From: Candidatus Bathyarchaeota archaeon
GTDB lineage: Archaea; Thermoproteota; Bathyarchaeia; Bathyarchaeales; Bathycorpusculaceae
Length of the DNA: 64,000 nucleotides
Assembly: GCA_963775895.1 (NCBI GenBank)
Contig: CAVZKL010000018.1
Span: forward strand, 32,001-96,000
Reading direction: 5' to 3'
Positions 32,538-42,379 of the stretch are shown here, piece by piece. Made by a program: the position numbers and the translations under genes. The notes beneath the pieces were generated by a model, which did no database searches, was not told where the DNA came from, and worked only from the letters and a program-made list of their open reading frames with translations. The first letter of the stretch is position 1; each line of letters begins with the position of its first letter.

Positions 32538-33311
32538 ATGATCCGGGTACCTCTCCTTTTTGTCCTAGCTTTGATGCTGACAGCTATATTCTATGCATTT
32601 GGGAGCGCCAAGGGTCAAGCACAGAATTTCGTAAGAATGTACATTGTCAATCCGCTCACAGAAGATAACTCTTTCAATGTCTCCAACTACCATGTCGGTG
32701 ATGTTTTAACGATGGAATTCTATGTAGGCAATGTTACAGACATGGTCTCTTGGCAAATACATTTGGCCTACAATCGCACCCTGATTCACTATTCGAAGGC
32801 ATGGTTCCCAGACACATGCGTATTTAAAACAACAGCAAACGAAAGTGCGACTCCACTGACCGAGGTATCCAACAACGTGGATAACGCTTCAGATAGGGTA
32901 GATTTGCTGATTATAATGACAAGCTCCTACTCTCCAGACAGTTCTCTCCAGTATCCCGTGAGTGTAGAAACACTGGGACTCCTGTGCAAGCTGAACTTCA
33001 CGATTGTATCACACCCAGTCCATACGAAAATCGATTTCGTCGTGAACGGGTCACAAAGCTCATCTAGCATCTACGTCACCCCGCCCTACTATCTGCCTGC
33101 TTACGAGACATCAGTGGAAACTTTGAGTGGAATATACACGGCAGGTGGGGAATCTGCGGTTGTTTTCGAAACAGACTCTGTGCCGGAATTTTCAGCTCTG
33201 CCGCTTCTTTTTTTAGCGATTCCAGCAACATCAACTCTCATTTTGGCATGGACAAAACGCACGAAGTGCCGACAGAGCAAGCATAGTTGTTTTTCAAACA
33301 AGGACGCATAG
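32538..33311 (+). CDS. Surface protein with cohesin-like domain and PEF-CTERM-like tail
   Basis: Signal peptide; NVTDMVSWQIHLAYN..GLLCKLNFTI; VPEF + TM + basic tail. Confidence 0.7.
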   Translation: MIRVPLLFVLALMLTAIFYAFGSAKGQAQNFVRMYIVNPLTEDNSFNVSNYHVGDVLTMEFYVGNVTDMVSWQIHLAYNRTLIHYSKAWFPDTCVFKTTANESATPLTEVSNNVDNASDRVDLLIIMTSSYSPDSSLQYPVSVETLGLLCKLNFTIVSHPVHTKIDFVVNGSQSSSSIYVTPPYYLPAYETSVETLSGIYTAGGESAVVFETDSVPEFSALPLLFLAIPATSTLILAWTKRTKCRQSKHSCFSNKDA

Positions 33312-33585
33312 ACTCTGCTATGCACGTCAGCTTGGCACGCTGGCTGTCTTGGTTTCTTCAAGTCGCAAGATCGGAGGAATCTGAAGTATCCATGGGATAG
33401 CTGCGGCGATAAAGGCGATGACCACGGTGGGCTAGGATTGGTATAGTCCAATGCTTATGAAGGGGCCGAAGACATTCCTATGCCGCTTATTGCGTTGTTC
33501 AAGCCTGCGCGATCGGAGTTTGTGAAAAAACAGTTATAGTTCTAATCCTATTATGGTCAGTCTTGGCTTTGGGAGACGGGAAATA

Positions 33586-34185
33586 ATGGTCAGTCGCGGC
33601 GTTTTCATTTGTCTTGAGGGGTTGGATGGTTGTGGGAAGACGACGCAGGCAAGACTGCTTGTGAATAGACTGAGAAAAGAATGCGATGCGGTTTATACGG
33701 CTGAGCCGAGCAGAGGGCCGATCGGGAAATTGATCAAGAAGCATTATCTGCACGCCGAGAGGCGTGGTTCTGTCGTGGCTGAGACTTTGCTGTTTTCAGC
33801 GGATCGTGTTGAGCATGTGAAGAGTGAGGTTCTTCCAGCTGTGAAGAGAGGCAAGGTCGTGGTTTCTGACAGGTATGTCTTCTCATCATTAGCCTATCAA
33901 GGGGCAGCAGGTCTCGATTTGAAGTGGATAGAGGAGGTCAACAAGCATGCTGTTCGACCAGAATTGGCGCTTTTTATCGATGTTGACCCGAAAACCGTGG
34001 TTGGCAGGTTGAAACGCAAGAAGTCGGTTATGGAGAACTTGCAAACGCAGTTGAAAGTGCGAGAGGTCTACTTAAAATACGTTGAAACTGGCGCTCTTCT
34101 CAGAATAGACGGAAACAGGTCGAAAAGAGAAGTGGCAAGGGAAATCTGGGGAATCGTGAAGGATTACTTGGGAAAAGCCCGCTAG
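33586..34185 (+). CDS. tmk: Thymidylate kinase
   Basis: FICLEGLDGCGKTTQ, LLFSADR, SDRYVFSSLAYQ. Confidence 0.97.
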   Translation: MVSRGVFICLEGLDGCGKTTQARLLVNRLRKECDAVYTAEPSRGPIGKLIKKHYLHAERRGSVVAETLLFSADRVEHVKSEVLPAVKRGKVVVSDRYVFSSLAYQGAAGLDLKWIEEVNKHAVRPELALFIDVDPKTVVGRLKRKKSVMENLQTQLKVREVYLKYVETGALLRIDGNRSKREVAREIWGIVKDYLGKAR

Positions 34186-34688
34186 AAATCTCTGATTTTG
34201 AGCACTTTCTTAGGAAATTCGTCGTTGACTATTTTGGTTATGAAATGGGGCAGGTCTTTCTGTGAAACGTGCATCGGGCCCTTTTCGTGGAAGATCTGCA
34301 TTTGAGCGGCTTTCTGGGCAAACCTGAAACGCAGCATATAGTGGTCGAACTTCAGCGGTTGTTTCTTTTCGCCCTCCGTTTTGTAGTAACAGATTATGCA
34401 GAGAAAGTCCAGCGACGAAAATGGTTTCTTTTGAACTGCCGAAAGGAGCTTGTCTTTTTCATGAACGTCAAGGTAGTTGAAGTTTTTGTCTTCGGCTACC
34501 CCGAACTCGAAACCGACTGCACAGTGTGGAAGCGATGGGTAGGCAACTTCTTCCAACGTTAAAGCGCTGCCGTTGAGTTTGTAAAATGCCTCGGCGAGCG
34601 CTTTTTGCAGTCTTGTTTCGGATATGTTGGTTTCAAAATCAACGATTTTATGGACACCGGTCGGGAAGTCGTCGTAAACTCCAAGCAT
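34182..34688 (-). CDS. Conserved hypothetical protein
   Basis: 168-aa ORF in operon with UPF0148-like gene. Confidence 0.7.
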   Translation of the reverse strand: MLGVYDDFPTGVHKIVDFETNISETRLQKALAEAFYKLNGSALTLEEVAYPSLPHCAVGFEFGVAEDKNFNYLDVHEKDKLLSAVQKKPFSSLDFLCIICYYKTEGEKKQPLKFDHYMLRFRFAQKAAQMQIFHEKGPMHVSQKDLPHFITKIVNDEFPKKVLKIRDF

Positions 34689-34702
34689 CGCTCTTGTTCC
34701 GG

Positions 34703-35065
34703 CTATGTTTTCTTGATCCTTCTCGTCATCTCGAGGTTCTGCAATAGCCCCGTAAGAGTGCTTCCCAGTTTCTGCAGTTTTTCAGGATCTTTTTCACATT
34801 CCATCTGTTTCTGGATTTGCTGTATCTTGGTCGTGAGCGTCGCTTCAAGACTGTTTAGAGCTGCGGCCCCTGCGAGTTTCGGCTCTTCGCCTTCTTTCAC
34901 TACCACTACTTTCTTTTGGTCTTTTTCGCACCAGAGCTCTCCATTTTTCAGTCTGAACAGGGGCGATGCGCATGCTGGACAGGCTAGGTCGGTCATAGCA
35001 GCTCCGCTCTTCAGCAGTTCTGCCATGCGTTTGATGTGCGATTCGTCTGGTCTCTTCTGGGACAA
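34703..35065 (-). CDS. UPF0148 / autoantigen p27-like zinc-ribbon protein
   Basis: MAELLKSGAAMTDLACPACASPLF..GELWC. Confidence 0.88.
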   Translation of the reverse strand: MSQKRPDESHIKRMAELLKSGAAMTDLACPACASPLFRLKNGELWCEKDQKKVVVVKEGEEPKLAGAAALNSLEATLTTKIQQIQKQMECEKDPEKLQKLGSTLTGLLQNLEMTRRIKKT

Positions 35066-35141
35066 GCTTTAAAACCTCAAACTAAATAGGTATCCCAGCC
35101 TATATAACTAGGTTATCATGATGTTTCGTGAGGTGGCACTT

Positions 35142-35420
35142 GTGGTAAGAAAAAAGAAGGCTGAGGAGTATGAGGAACGTATCAAGCAGGCGCTTGCCGT
35201 TCTTGGACTCGTTTCGGAAGACAACACTACACCCAGAAACATTAGAAGGGCGGCAAAGGATGCGATGAACTCCATGCAAACCGGAGAGTACACACCTGCC
35301 GTGAGAGCTTCGAACGCCGTATCACTTCTGGACGAAATCCTGCAGGATCCGAACATGCCACCGTACACTCGAGTTAAGCTTTGGAACGTTATGAGTCTGC
35401 TGGAAGCAATAAAGGATTAG
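35142..35420 (+). CDS. UPF0147 family protein
   Basis: DNTTPRNIRRAA, QDPNMPPYTR. Confidence 0.9.
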   Translation: MVRKKKAEEYEERIKQALAVLGLVSEDNTTPRNIRRAAKDAMNSMQTGEYTPAVRASNAVSLLDEILQDPNMPPYTRVKLWNVMSLLEAIKD

Positions 35421-35567
35421 CCGCCTCTGAATGCCTATTTTCCAAGTTTTTCTTGCCGAGTTTTCTCTGCTTGTTCTTGGTGCGCTTGATTTTTCTACAA
35501 GGATTTATAAGAAGCAAAAGTCAATGTGCAGTCCGAAATAGACAATCGATTTGCACTATGGAGGAGA

Positions 35568-35918
35568 ATGAATTTGGTGAAGGTATTTCCGTACACAGAC
35601 GTTGAAGCAAAGAAAGCCGACGAAGGCGCTTCAAAGGTAAAGGTCAGATGGCTCATAACCAAGGACATTGGTGCACCAAATTTCGCCATGAGACTGTTTG
35701 AAGTCGAGGCGGGAGGCTACAGCCCGTTGCACTCTCATGATTGGGAACACGAGGTGTTCATTCTCGAGGGCGAAGGAACAGTCTTTGGCAAAGAAGGAGA
35801 AAAGAAGTTCAAGCCAGGATGCGTCGTTTTTGTTCCGCCTAACGAGAAGCATCAGTTCAAGAACACGGGCAAGAGCCTCTTGAAGTTCCTTTGTCTCGTG
35901 CCTTATCATGAAGAGTGA
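35568..35918 (+). CDS. Cupin domain protein
   Basis: GAPNFAMR, HSHDWEHE, PPNEKHQF. Confidence 0.9.
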   Translation: MNLVKVFPYTDVEAKKADEGASKVKVRWLITKDIGAPNFAMRLFEVEAGGYSPLHSHDWEHEVFILEGEGTVFGKEGEKKFKPGCVVFVPPNEKHQFKNTGKSLLKFLCLVPYHEE

Positions 35919-36011
35919 AAAGTAAACTTCACTTGTTTTCCTTTCTCGGTTGCTCGCTAGGAATATATGCTAGTTGCTTCATCTAGTTCAAGGTTTCAGG
36001 AGACAAGCCGG

Positions 36012-37400
36012 TTGAAATACGACGTGATAATTGTTGGCGCTGGGCCGGCGGGAATATTTTCTGCGTTGGAGCTCACTGAAAAGACCAAACTTAGCGTTCT
36101 CATGCTGGACAGGGGTCAGGACATTAGTCAACGCAAGTGCCCTGCCAGCAGAGGATACGAGTGTGTTAACTGTGATCCGTGCGCGGTCTTGTCTGGTTGG
36201 GGTGGGGCAGGCGCCTTCAGTGACGGTAAACTGACACTGTCCACCGAGGTTGGCGGCTGGCTCGACCAGTACATGTCCACCAAGGAGCTTCAAGAGCTCT
36301 TGGACTACGCTGACAGCATCTATCTGAAGTATGGGGCAACAGAACAGGTTTACGGCAGAGACGAGGAAAAAATAGAAAACATTGAAAGAAAAGCGTCTCT
36401 GGCAGGTCTGAAGCTTGTGCGGCAGAAAATCCGTCACATGGGCACGGAAAGGTGTGCTCAGACACTTCGAAAGATGCGGCAGGAACTGAACGGTAAGGTT
36501 GAATTCAAACCTCGAACCGACGTAAAGGGTCTGATTGTCAAGAACAATGTGGTCGAAGGCGTTGAAACGACTAACGGTGAAAAATACCCTGCCAAATACG
36601 TCATCGCCGCTCCGGGCAGAGGTGGCGCCGAATGGCTTAAGACAGAGTCTCAGGCGTTGGGTTTGAAAACCCTTAACAATCCAGTTGACGTAGGGATAAG
36701 AATTGAAGTTTTGGCCTCGGTCATGGAAGAGTTGACAAGCGTGCTCTACGAGCCAAAGCTTATCTACTACTCGAAATCGTTCGACGATCAAGTTAGAACT
36801 TTTTGCGTGGCTCCTCACGGTGAGGTTATTACAGAATCGTACGACGGGGTCTTGACCGTTAACGGTCAGAGTTACGCTGAACGGAAAACCGAGAACACAA
36901 ACTTCGCCATACTCGTGAGTACATCTTTTACGGAACCCTTCAAGGAACCAATAGCCTACGGAAAGTATGTTGCTCGGCTGGGCAATTTGCTCAGTGGAAG
37001 CGTGATGGTTCAGCGTCTAGGCGATTTGGAGTCCGGTAGAAGATCAACTCCTGAGAGGATTGCGCGGAGTGTCGTGACTCCAACTCTGAAGAATGCGGTG
37101 CCTGGGGATTTGAGCTTCGTGCTGCCCTATCGTTACCTCACCGACATCAGGGAGATGCTTCAGGCGTTGGACAAGCTTGCGCCCGGTCTTCACTCGCGAG
37201 ACACGTTGTTGTACGGCATCGAGGTCAAATTCTATTCGTCAAGACTGCAGTTGACAAACAGCTTGGAGACGAAGATTCATAACCTCTTCACTATTGGAGA
37301 CGGAGCGGGCGTAACGAGAGGGTTGATTCAGGCTTCGGTTTCAGGTGTCATAGCCTCAAAGGAGATCATCAAACGGGAGGAGCAAGGGGCGTCGAACTGA
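36012..37400 (+). CDS. NAD(P)/FAD-dependent oxidoreductase
   Basis: IVGAGPAG, GWGGAGAFSDGKL, VRTFC, GDGAGVTRG. Confidence 0.9.
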   Translation: MKYDVIIVGAGPAGIFSALELTEKTKLSVLMLDRGQDISQRKCPASRGYECVNCDPCAVLSGWGGAGAFSDGKLTLSTEVGGWLDQYMSTKELQELLDYADSIYLKYGATEQVYGRDEEKIENIERKASLAGLKLVRQKIRHMGTERCAQTLRKMRQELNGKVEFKPRTDVKGLIVKNNVVEGVETTNGEKYPAKYVIAAPGRGGAEWLKTESQALGLKTLNNPVDVGIRIEVLASVMEELTSVLYEPKLIYYSKSFDDQVRTFCVAPHGEVITESYDGVLTVNGQSYAERKTENTNFAILVSTSFTEPFKEPIAYGKYVARLGNLLSGSVMVQRLGDLESGRRSTPERIARSVVTPTLKNAVPGDLSFVLPYRYLTDIREMLQALDKLAPGLHSRDTLLYGIEVKFYSSRLQLTNSLETKIHNLFTIGDGAGVTRGLIQASVSGVIASKEIIKREEQGASN

Positions 37401-38152
37401 TGGGCATAGTCAATGAGATCAAATGTTCCCATTGTGGGGGACCCATTTCTTTTCAGCCGGGAGAAATACTGGCAACCTGCAGGTACTGCGGTTTCACTGT
37501 CGTAATAGAAACCGGTCAGACTTTCACTTTTGAACATTCCTTGCTGCTAAATAGGTTCGACCAGGTTCAGGTCGAGGCACCCGCCAGAGACTGGATGAAA
37601 GAAGGGTTCCTGAAACCTTCCGACTTGGCAAAGAAGGCTAAACTTGTTGAAAAGGAACTGATATACCTGCCTTTCTGGGTCGTTTCGGTTGAAGCTAGGA
37701 GCAGTTACAAGGGCATTTTCGAGAGAATAACTCCTGCAGTGACGAAGGAAGGGTCGATCGAGAAAGATTATGACTGGCTTGTCCTAGCCAGGAAAGCAAC
37801 TGATTTTCCGACGAGGGACTATGAGGTGCCCTTGGAAGGAAAGATTCCCTTCGACTTCAGACGGATAGAGGGCTTCGCCAAGGTGTTGAACAGTGAAATA
37901 GACAAGAACGAAGCGGAAGAGCAGGCGAAAGAGGAGATTGAGGGAAACCACAAGTTCTTGGCTCAACAGGACGTTGACAAGATAATCGAGTTCAAGACCG
38001 AAATAAAGATCGTTGAAACGGTTTACCTGCATGCACCCCTTTGGTTCATAAAATACGAGTATAAAGGAAAAGACTACCAGCTTGTTGTTGACGGCGCGAC
38101 TGGAGTCACGATAAAGGGGGACATTCCACCCGCGGGTTTTGGAATACTCTAA
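37400..38152 (+). CDS. Zinc-ribbon protein, YdjG-like
   Basis: CSHCGG..CRYCG, YLPFW, PLW..Y.YKGK.Y..VDGATG. Confidence 0.65.
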   Translation: MGIVNEIKCSHCGGPISFQPGEILATCRYCGFTVVIETGQTFTFEHSLLLNRFDQVQVEAPARDWMKEGFLKPSDLAKKAKLVEKELIYLPFWVVSVEARSSYKGIFERITPAVTKEGSIEKDYDWLVLARKATDFPTRDYEVPLEGKIPFDFRRIEGFAKVLNSEIDKNEAEEQAKEEIEGNHKFLAQQDVDKIIEFKTEIKIVETVYLHAPLWFIKYEYKGKDYQLVVDGATGVTIKGDIPPAGFGIL

Positions 38153-38388
38153 ATCAGACTGCACACGCGCATGTTCGCGCAACGTGAGTTTGACACCACG
38201 TAGAATTGTGAATGGGCTAGGATGTGCCCGTGTTTTGACGACGATTGAAATGTGCTAATATGCCTACTGTCTCTCATGTCGTACACGAGCGCGCGCGACG
38301 ATAATGGCTCAGCGTGATCCTCTAATTTTCTTGCCAGAAAACTTTTTCTTTGTGAAACGAGTGGACATCGAACAGGAATGGTGATAGT

Positions 38389-38754
38389 TTGAACCGAGCT
38401 AGAGATCAACTGGACTCAGGCTATCCTGAAGTCATAACGTCTCTACCCGAAGCAGACATTCAGTTCAGAGGCATCAGAGCATGGATCTTGCAGGGCGAGA
38501 AAACTCAACTCGTCTTCTTTGAAATGGAGTCTTCTGCAGCCGTACCCGAGCACACACATGGATACCCTCAATGGGGAATGGTGATTGACGGGGAAATGGA
38601 CTTGATTATTGACGGCAAATCCATGATATGCACGAAAGGCACCGAGTATCTAATTCCGGCCGGAGCCAAACACTATGCCAGATTCCACAAAAAGACTAGG
38701 GTTGTCGACTTTTTCTCCGAGAAAAGTAGGTACCGACAGAAACTGCTAGGATAA
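38389..38754 (+). CDS. Cupin domain protein
   Basis: PEHTHG..QWG, IPAGAKH. Confidence 0.85.
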   Translation: MNRARDQLDSGYPEVITSLPEADIQFRGIRAWILQGEKTQLVFFEMESSAAVPEHTHGYPQWGMVIDGEMDLIIDGKSMICTKGTEYLIPAGAKHYARFHKKTRVVDFFSEKSRYRQKLLG

Positions 38755-38905
38755 CCGTAAAAAGCCTTGCCTTTCTATTTAGTGTCTTACGGAGACTTTT
38801 CCCCCAAGCCTCTCCACCCTGCTCTTCAGTTTCTCAATCGCCTGTCTGAGCTCCGAGTTCACTAGCGCGCGCGAAGTCATGCTTAACCTTATTGTCGCGC
38901 TAGCT

Positions 38906-39148
38906 TCACGCTCGCGCTCCAACCCAATTGCCGAGCTTTGCAAGTTCGACCGATAAGTAACCGGGACCGGGGGCGATTTCAAGCACGTTACTGCTGGGTG
39001 CGGTATTGTCCTTTACAAGCTCAGCCCAGGATTTGTATTGTGCAATGCTGTTCTTCTGAATTCTATTATACTGCCAAGCGACAATGCCTTCCATCGCTAT
39101 GCCTTTGTAGGCTTTTCTTTTGTTAGACGAAGGAGAATTTGTTGTCAT
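38906..39148 (-). pseudogene. 5' fragment of class I SAM methyltransferase
   Basis: MEGIVAWQY...VLEIAPGPGYLSVELAKLG, truncated right after motif I. Confidence 0.75.
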
Positions 39149-39354
39149 GCTATCTCTCACTCTTTATCTGTTCCCCTGTATTTCTTCAGGGGTTGCTTAA
39201 GATTGATGAGGTTTTGCTCAAGATCTTGGTCTTCATATTTATTCCAAGAAAGGAATGATAACTGTTGCCTAACGCGCGCTTGCAATTAATCAGGCTCAAA
39301 AAGTAGTCCTTCGAACAATGGCGATCGATTTTAACCTTAATGCATTGCCAGTAC

Positions 39355-39398
39355 CACTAATAAATCTAATGTCACACTTTCCCTTCTAATGTCACACT
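39355..39398 (+). repeat. 44-bp imperfect direct repeat, copy 1
   Basis: 37/44 identical to 41357-41400 by manual alignment. Confidence 0.8.
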
Positions 39399-39402
39399 CT
39401 TG

Positions 39403-39717
39403 CTATGTGCCCAGAACAGTTTTTGAATTATTTGCCCATCTTTTCAGATATAGTACACCCATTATCAATGAGGCAGCAAAAACTACCGATCCTAGCATTG
39501 AAAGGCGAAAGATCGATTGGAAATATTCAGGGTTGACTTGTTGCTCGCCACGGGAGTATGCTAACCACACAGCCAATCCGATGAGACTCAAGATCAGACC
39601 AGTTGTCAACAGAACAAGGAGAAGCAAATGCCGCCTCTTGATTAGATTATTGGTTCGCTGTAACTTTTCCGCAACAACAAAAGTCAGTCTGCCAAAGAGT
39701 TTTATTAGTTGACCCAA
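39403..39717 (-). CDS. Small membrane protein
   Basis: Two hydrophobic helices; start uncertain. Confidence 0.5.
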   Translation of the reverse strand: MGQLIKLFGRLTFVVAEKLQRTNNLIKRRHLLLLVLLTTGLILSLIGLAVWLAYSRGEQQVNPEYFQSIFRLSMLGSVVFAASLIMGVLYLKRWANNSKTVLGT

Positions 39718-39882
39718 TATGCGTTTTCAGAAAAGCATTACGCATCATCTTTTCCACTCATCGTCACACTCTCAGCGAACTCGGAAAACCAAAAAGCGTA
39801 CGCACTAAAATGGGGAGAGATAGTTGCTGATACAAAAAATATGGAATAGCCTCAGCGGAACCAAGGGCTCAGACCAGAGCGC

Positions 39883-40404
39883 CTATAGAATTATCGGTCT
39901 GAACTGTCTTCTTTTGCCAACTCGGTATCCCAGGTAACCACCTATCACATAGGAGAGTAAAATATATGGTATGAAAACAAAAGGGTCTTCTGCCAACGCT
40001 GTGAGGAGGAGGACACGGTTTAAGAGAAAGGTTATTGCAGCGTATATGACGAAACCGAAGACGCCGGCTCCGAGGGCTGTCCAATACGTTTGCCAGAATT
40101 TGAGACTGGCGTGCGCCCACGCAATTCGGTAGACCCGAAAAACTGCATAAGTCAAGATTGGGGCTAGTAAAGTGTATAGTAACGCACCCTCCAATGTAGC
40201 ATAGCCTGTCAGTTTATTGAAGTAGTCTAGCCAAGTGAACAGAAGCAAAGCAACATAGAGAGATATTGCCAACCACTTCATGCGGTTGCTTGGAACCATT
40301 TCCTTCTGAATACGCACGGACGCTCTCACAATGTAACGTCCAGTCCGCTTTATTGGCCTCGGACAATAATACCTGAGTTTTTCACGCACTCCCACGTTCT
40401 TCAC
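39883..40404 (-). CDS. Membrane protein (about 4 TM)
   Basis: Hydrophobic segments; overlaps stop of upstream HTH gene. Confidence 0.65.
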   Translation of the reverse strand: MKNVGVREKLRYYCPRPIKRTGRYIVRASVRIQKEMVPSNRMKWLAISLYVALLLFTWLDYFNKLTGYATLEGALLYTLLAPILTYAVFRVYRIAWAHASLKFWQTYWTALGAGVFGFVIYAAITFLLNRVLLLTALAEDPFVFIPYILLSYVIGGYLGYRVGKRRQFRPIIL

Positions 40405-40898
40405 TCTCCAGTGATTTTTTGAAAGAGGAGTTCAGCAATCTTGCTGGGTGAGATTGATTCAAAATTGTCGGGAGACTGAATGTTTCGTTCTTCCATCTCG
40501 GCAAGCAGTGTTTTTCTGCAGTTCTCAAGATGATCGCAGTTCACGCAGTCGCCTTCGTGTCTGTACCAGACTTGAACTCCGTTTTTAGCAGAAAAAGTGA
40601 TTATGGCCGGTGTCTTGAACTCGGAGCTGAACCCTGAAAGAATTCCAATTGCGGGATTTACCGCTTCCACTTTTATCTTGTTCAGTTTGGCCGTTTCCAT
40701 GAGTGCTTGCGAGACCTTGCTATCGGCCACATCCGCAGCTTTGTGCACCGTTTGACGGCTTACCTCCAGTCTTCTGGCTATTCCCGCCTCGAACAAACCC
40801 TTCCTTTTCAGGTCCCAGATCTTCAATTGCTTGGAAGTCAGGTAACCATCGCTTAGAGCCACGATTCTCCCTGTAAGTATTTGAATGCTGACAACCAC
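40401..40898 (-). CDS. HTH regulator with C-terminal Cys cluster
   Basis: LTSKQLKIW..EAGIARRLEVSRQTVHK; HEGDCVNCDHLENC. Confidence 0.8.
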   Translation of the reverse strand: MVVSIQILTGRIVALSDGYLTSKQLKIWDLKRKGLFEAGIARRLEVSRQTVHKAADVADSKVSQALMETAKLNKIKVEAVNPAIGILSGFSSEFKTPAIITFSAKNGVQVWYRHEGDCVNCDHLENCRKTLLAEMEERNIQSPDNFESISPSKIAELLFQKITGE

Positions 40899-40986
40899 TT
40901 AAATCTTGTGCTCGCCCAGCGCGCGCACAAAGTACTTAAAGTTGAGAAACGACCCTAGAATTGATGGGTGTAGACTTGTGAAATAT

Positions 40987-41208
40987 GTGTCTGACCCAGT
41001 TTCACGTAGAAAAATCAGTATCGGACTTTGGATACTGACAGTTACAATATTGGTAACTGTTTTGGTTATTACTGTTTGGAGCCACATCTTTAGACCAGAT
41101 CTATTTGGATTCATGTTGGTTGCAGACCCTGTTTTGTCCGTCATTGCCTTTTGCCTAATTTTGCTCAGCCTGTCGTTAAATCGCTGGAAGCCGTTACTTA
41201 GAAAGTGA
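40987..41208 (+). CDS. Small two-TM protein
   Basis: Hydrophobic ORF divergent from the HTH gene. Confidence 0.5.
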   Translation: MSDPVSRRKISIGLWILTVTILVTVLVITVWSHIFRPDLFGFMLVADPVLSVIAFCLILLSLSLNRWKPLLRK

Positions 41209-41356
41209 AGCAATTTCAATAGTAACATCACATTTCTTTTTTTCTTGACGGATAAGCGCGTGCTAATCCGGCGCGACCCAGGTCTAAAATCCCGATTGTG
41301 CCTTGAAACATGAAGTACGTTCAGTTCATAATTCGATAATGTTCCCAAAAATTTAG

Positions 41357-41400
41357 CACTAGTAAATCTAATGTTCCACTTTCCTTTCTAATGGAACATT
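41357..41400 (+). repeat. 44-bp imperfect direct repeat, copy 2
   Basis: Matches 39355-39398; contains AATGTTCCA/TGGAACATT inverted repeat. Confidence 0.8.
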
Positions 41401-41436
41401 CCTGTAAACCATACCCTGAAAAAGGAAGCACGCGCG

Positions 41437-41874
41437 CTAGTATTCCAGAACTCCGATTTGCATCGTCATCTTCCACTCCTTCCCGACCTTCGCGTAGACT
41501 TTGCAGACGCGCCCCTTCCATCGCATCCCCCTGCCTCTGCTGTCGCGCCAGAGCGTGTTGATGTCTACGACCGCGAAAGCCCCGTCTCTTTCCTCCGACA
41601 CGACTATTTTCTTTATCCTCCTTTCGTTATGGATGAGGATGTGGGTGTCAAATAGATTCTGCCATCCCCTCTTCCAGCGGTCATGGTTGAACCTACCCTG
41701 CGTAAGTACCCAGTCCATCGGGTCGTGTGACTTAGTGGTCTTCGGCCAAGGCCAAACCATATCGGGGTGGAAGACTGTCAGCAGCAGCTCAGCGTCCCTA
41801 GTGTCCCATGCGCGCGTCTCTCTGTTGACGATTTCCTCTATCTCCTTCTTCGCCGTCTTGAGTTTGAGCGCCAT
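41437..41874 (-). CDS. NTF2/SnoaL-like protein
   Basis: AWDTRDAELLLTVFHPD..AFAVVD..KVGKEWKM. Confidence 0.8.
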   Translation of the reverse strand: MALKLKTAKKEIEEIVNRETRAWDTRDAELLLTVFHPDMVWPWPKTTKSHDPMDWVLTQGRFNHDRWKRGWQNLFDTHILIHNERRIKKIVVSEERDGAFAVVDINTLWRDSRGRGMRWKGRVCKVYAKVGKEWKMTMQIGVLEY

Positions 41875-41918
41875 GGTTCCGTTTCCGCTCGACATAAGAT
41901 GCGCGCGCAATTTTCTGG

Positions 41919-42215
41919 CTATTTTCGCTCTAGCTTGAAGATCACTGGTCTTAACCCGTCTGGGCAACACGCTACTGCAACTCCAGGTTCGTCATACCAC
42001 TCAGAACAGTTGCCACCGAACCTGAGCGTCATAATCATCGGGAAGATTGTGTCCCAAGCGTAAGGGCAAAACCCGTTTGGCGTGCTATCATCAACTTGGA
42101 ATACCTGTCCTTCTTTGAAGATGGGACATGGACCACTATACTTTGCCTTGATTGGAGGATCTTTGAATACCTCTTTTGTATCAAACAGTTTGAGCACTGT
42201 AATCTTTATGCAATT
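41919..42215 (-). CDS. TIGR04076-like protein (start uncertain)
   Basis: CPIFKEGQVF, FCPYAW, CCPDGLRPVIFKLER. Confidence 0.85.
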   Translation of the reverse strand, partial: NCIKITVLKLFDTKEVFKDPPIKAKYSGPCPIFKEGQVFQVDDSTPNGFCPYAWDTIFPMIMTLRFGGNCSEWYDEPGVAVACCPDGLRPVIFKLERK

Positions 42216-42379
42216 TGCTTCCTTCTTCAAACAAACACCCCATATGCTCACAGTTGTTCTAGCAATACTATTAAAGACTACATCAGGGCGCGCGATTGTT
42301 GAATTGCGGCCTAACCTAATTAAACTTTAAAAGCAACAGCTTATTCTGTAGTTATCGACCAAAAACTGCGAGGATCAGA

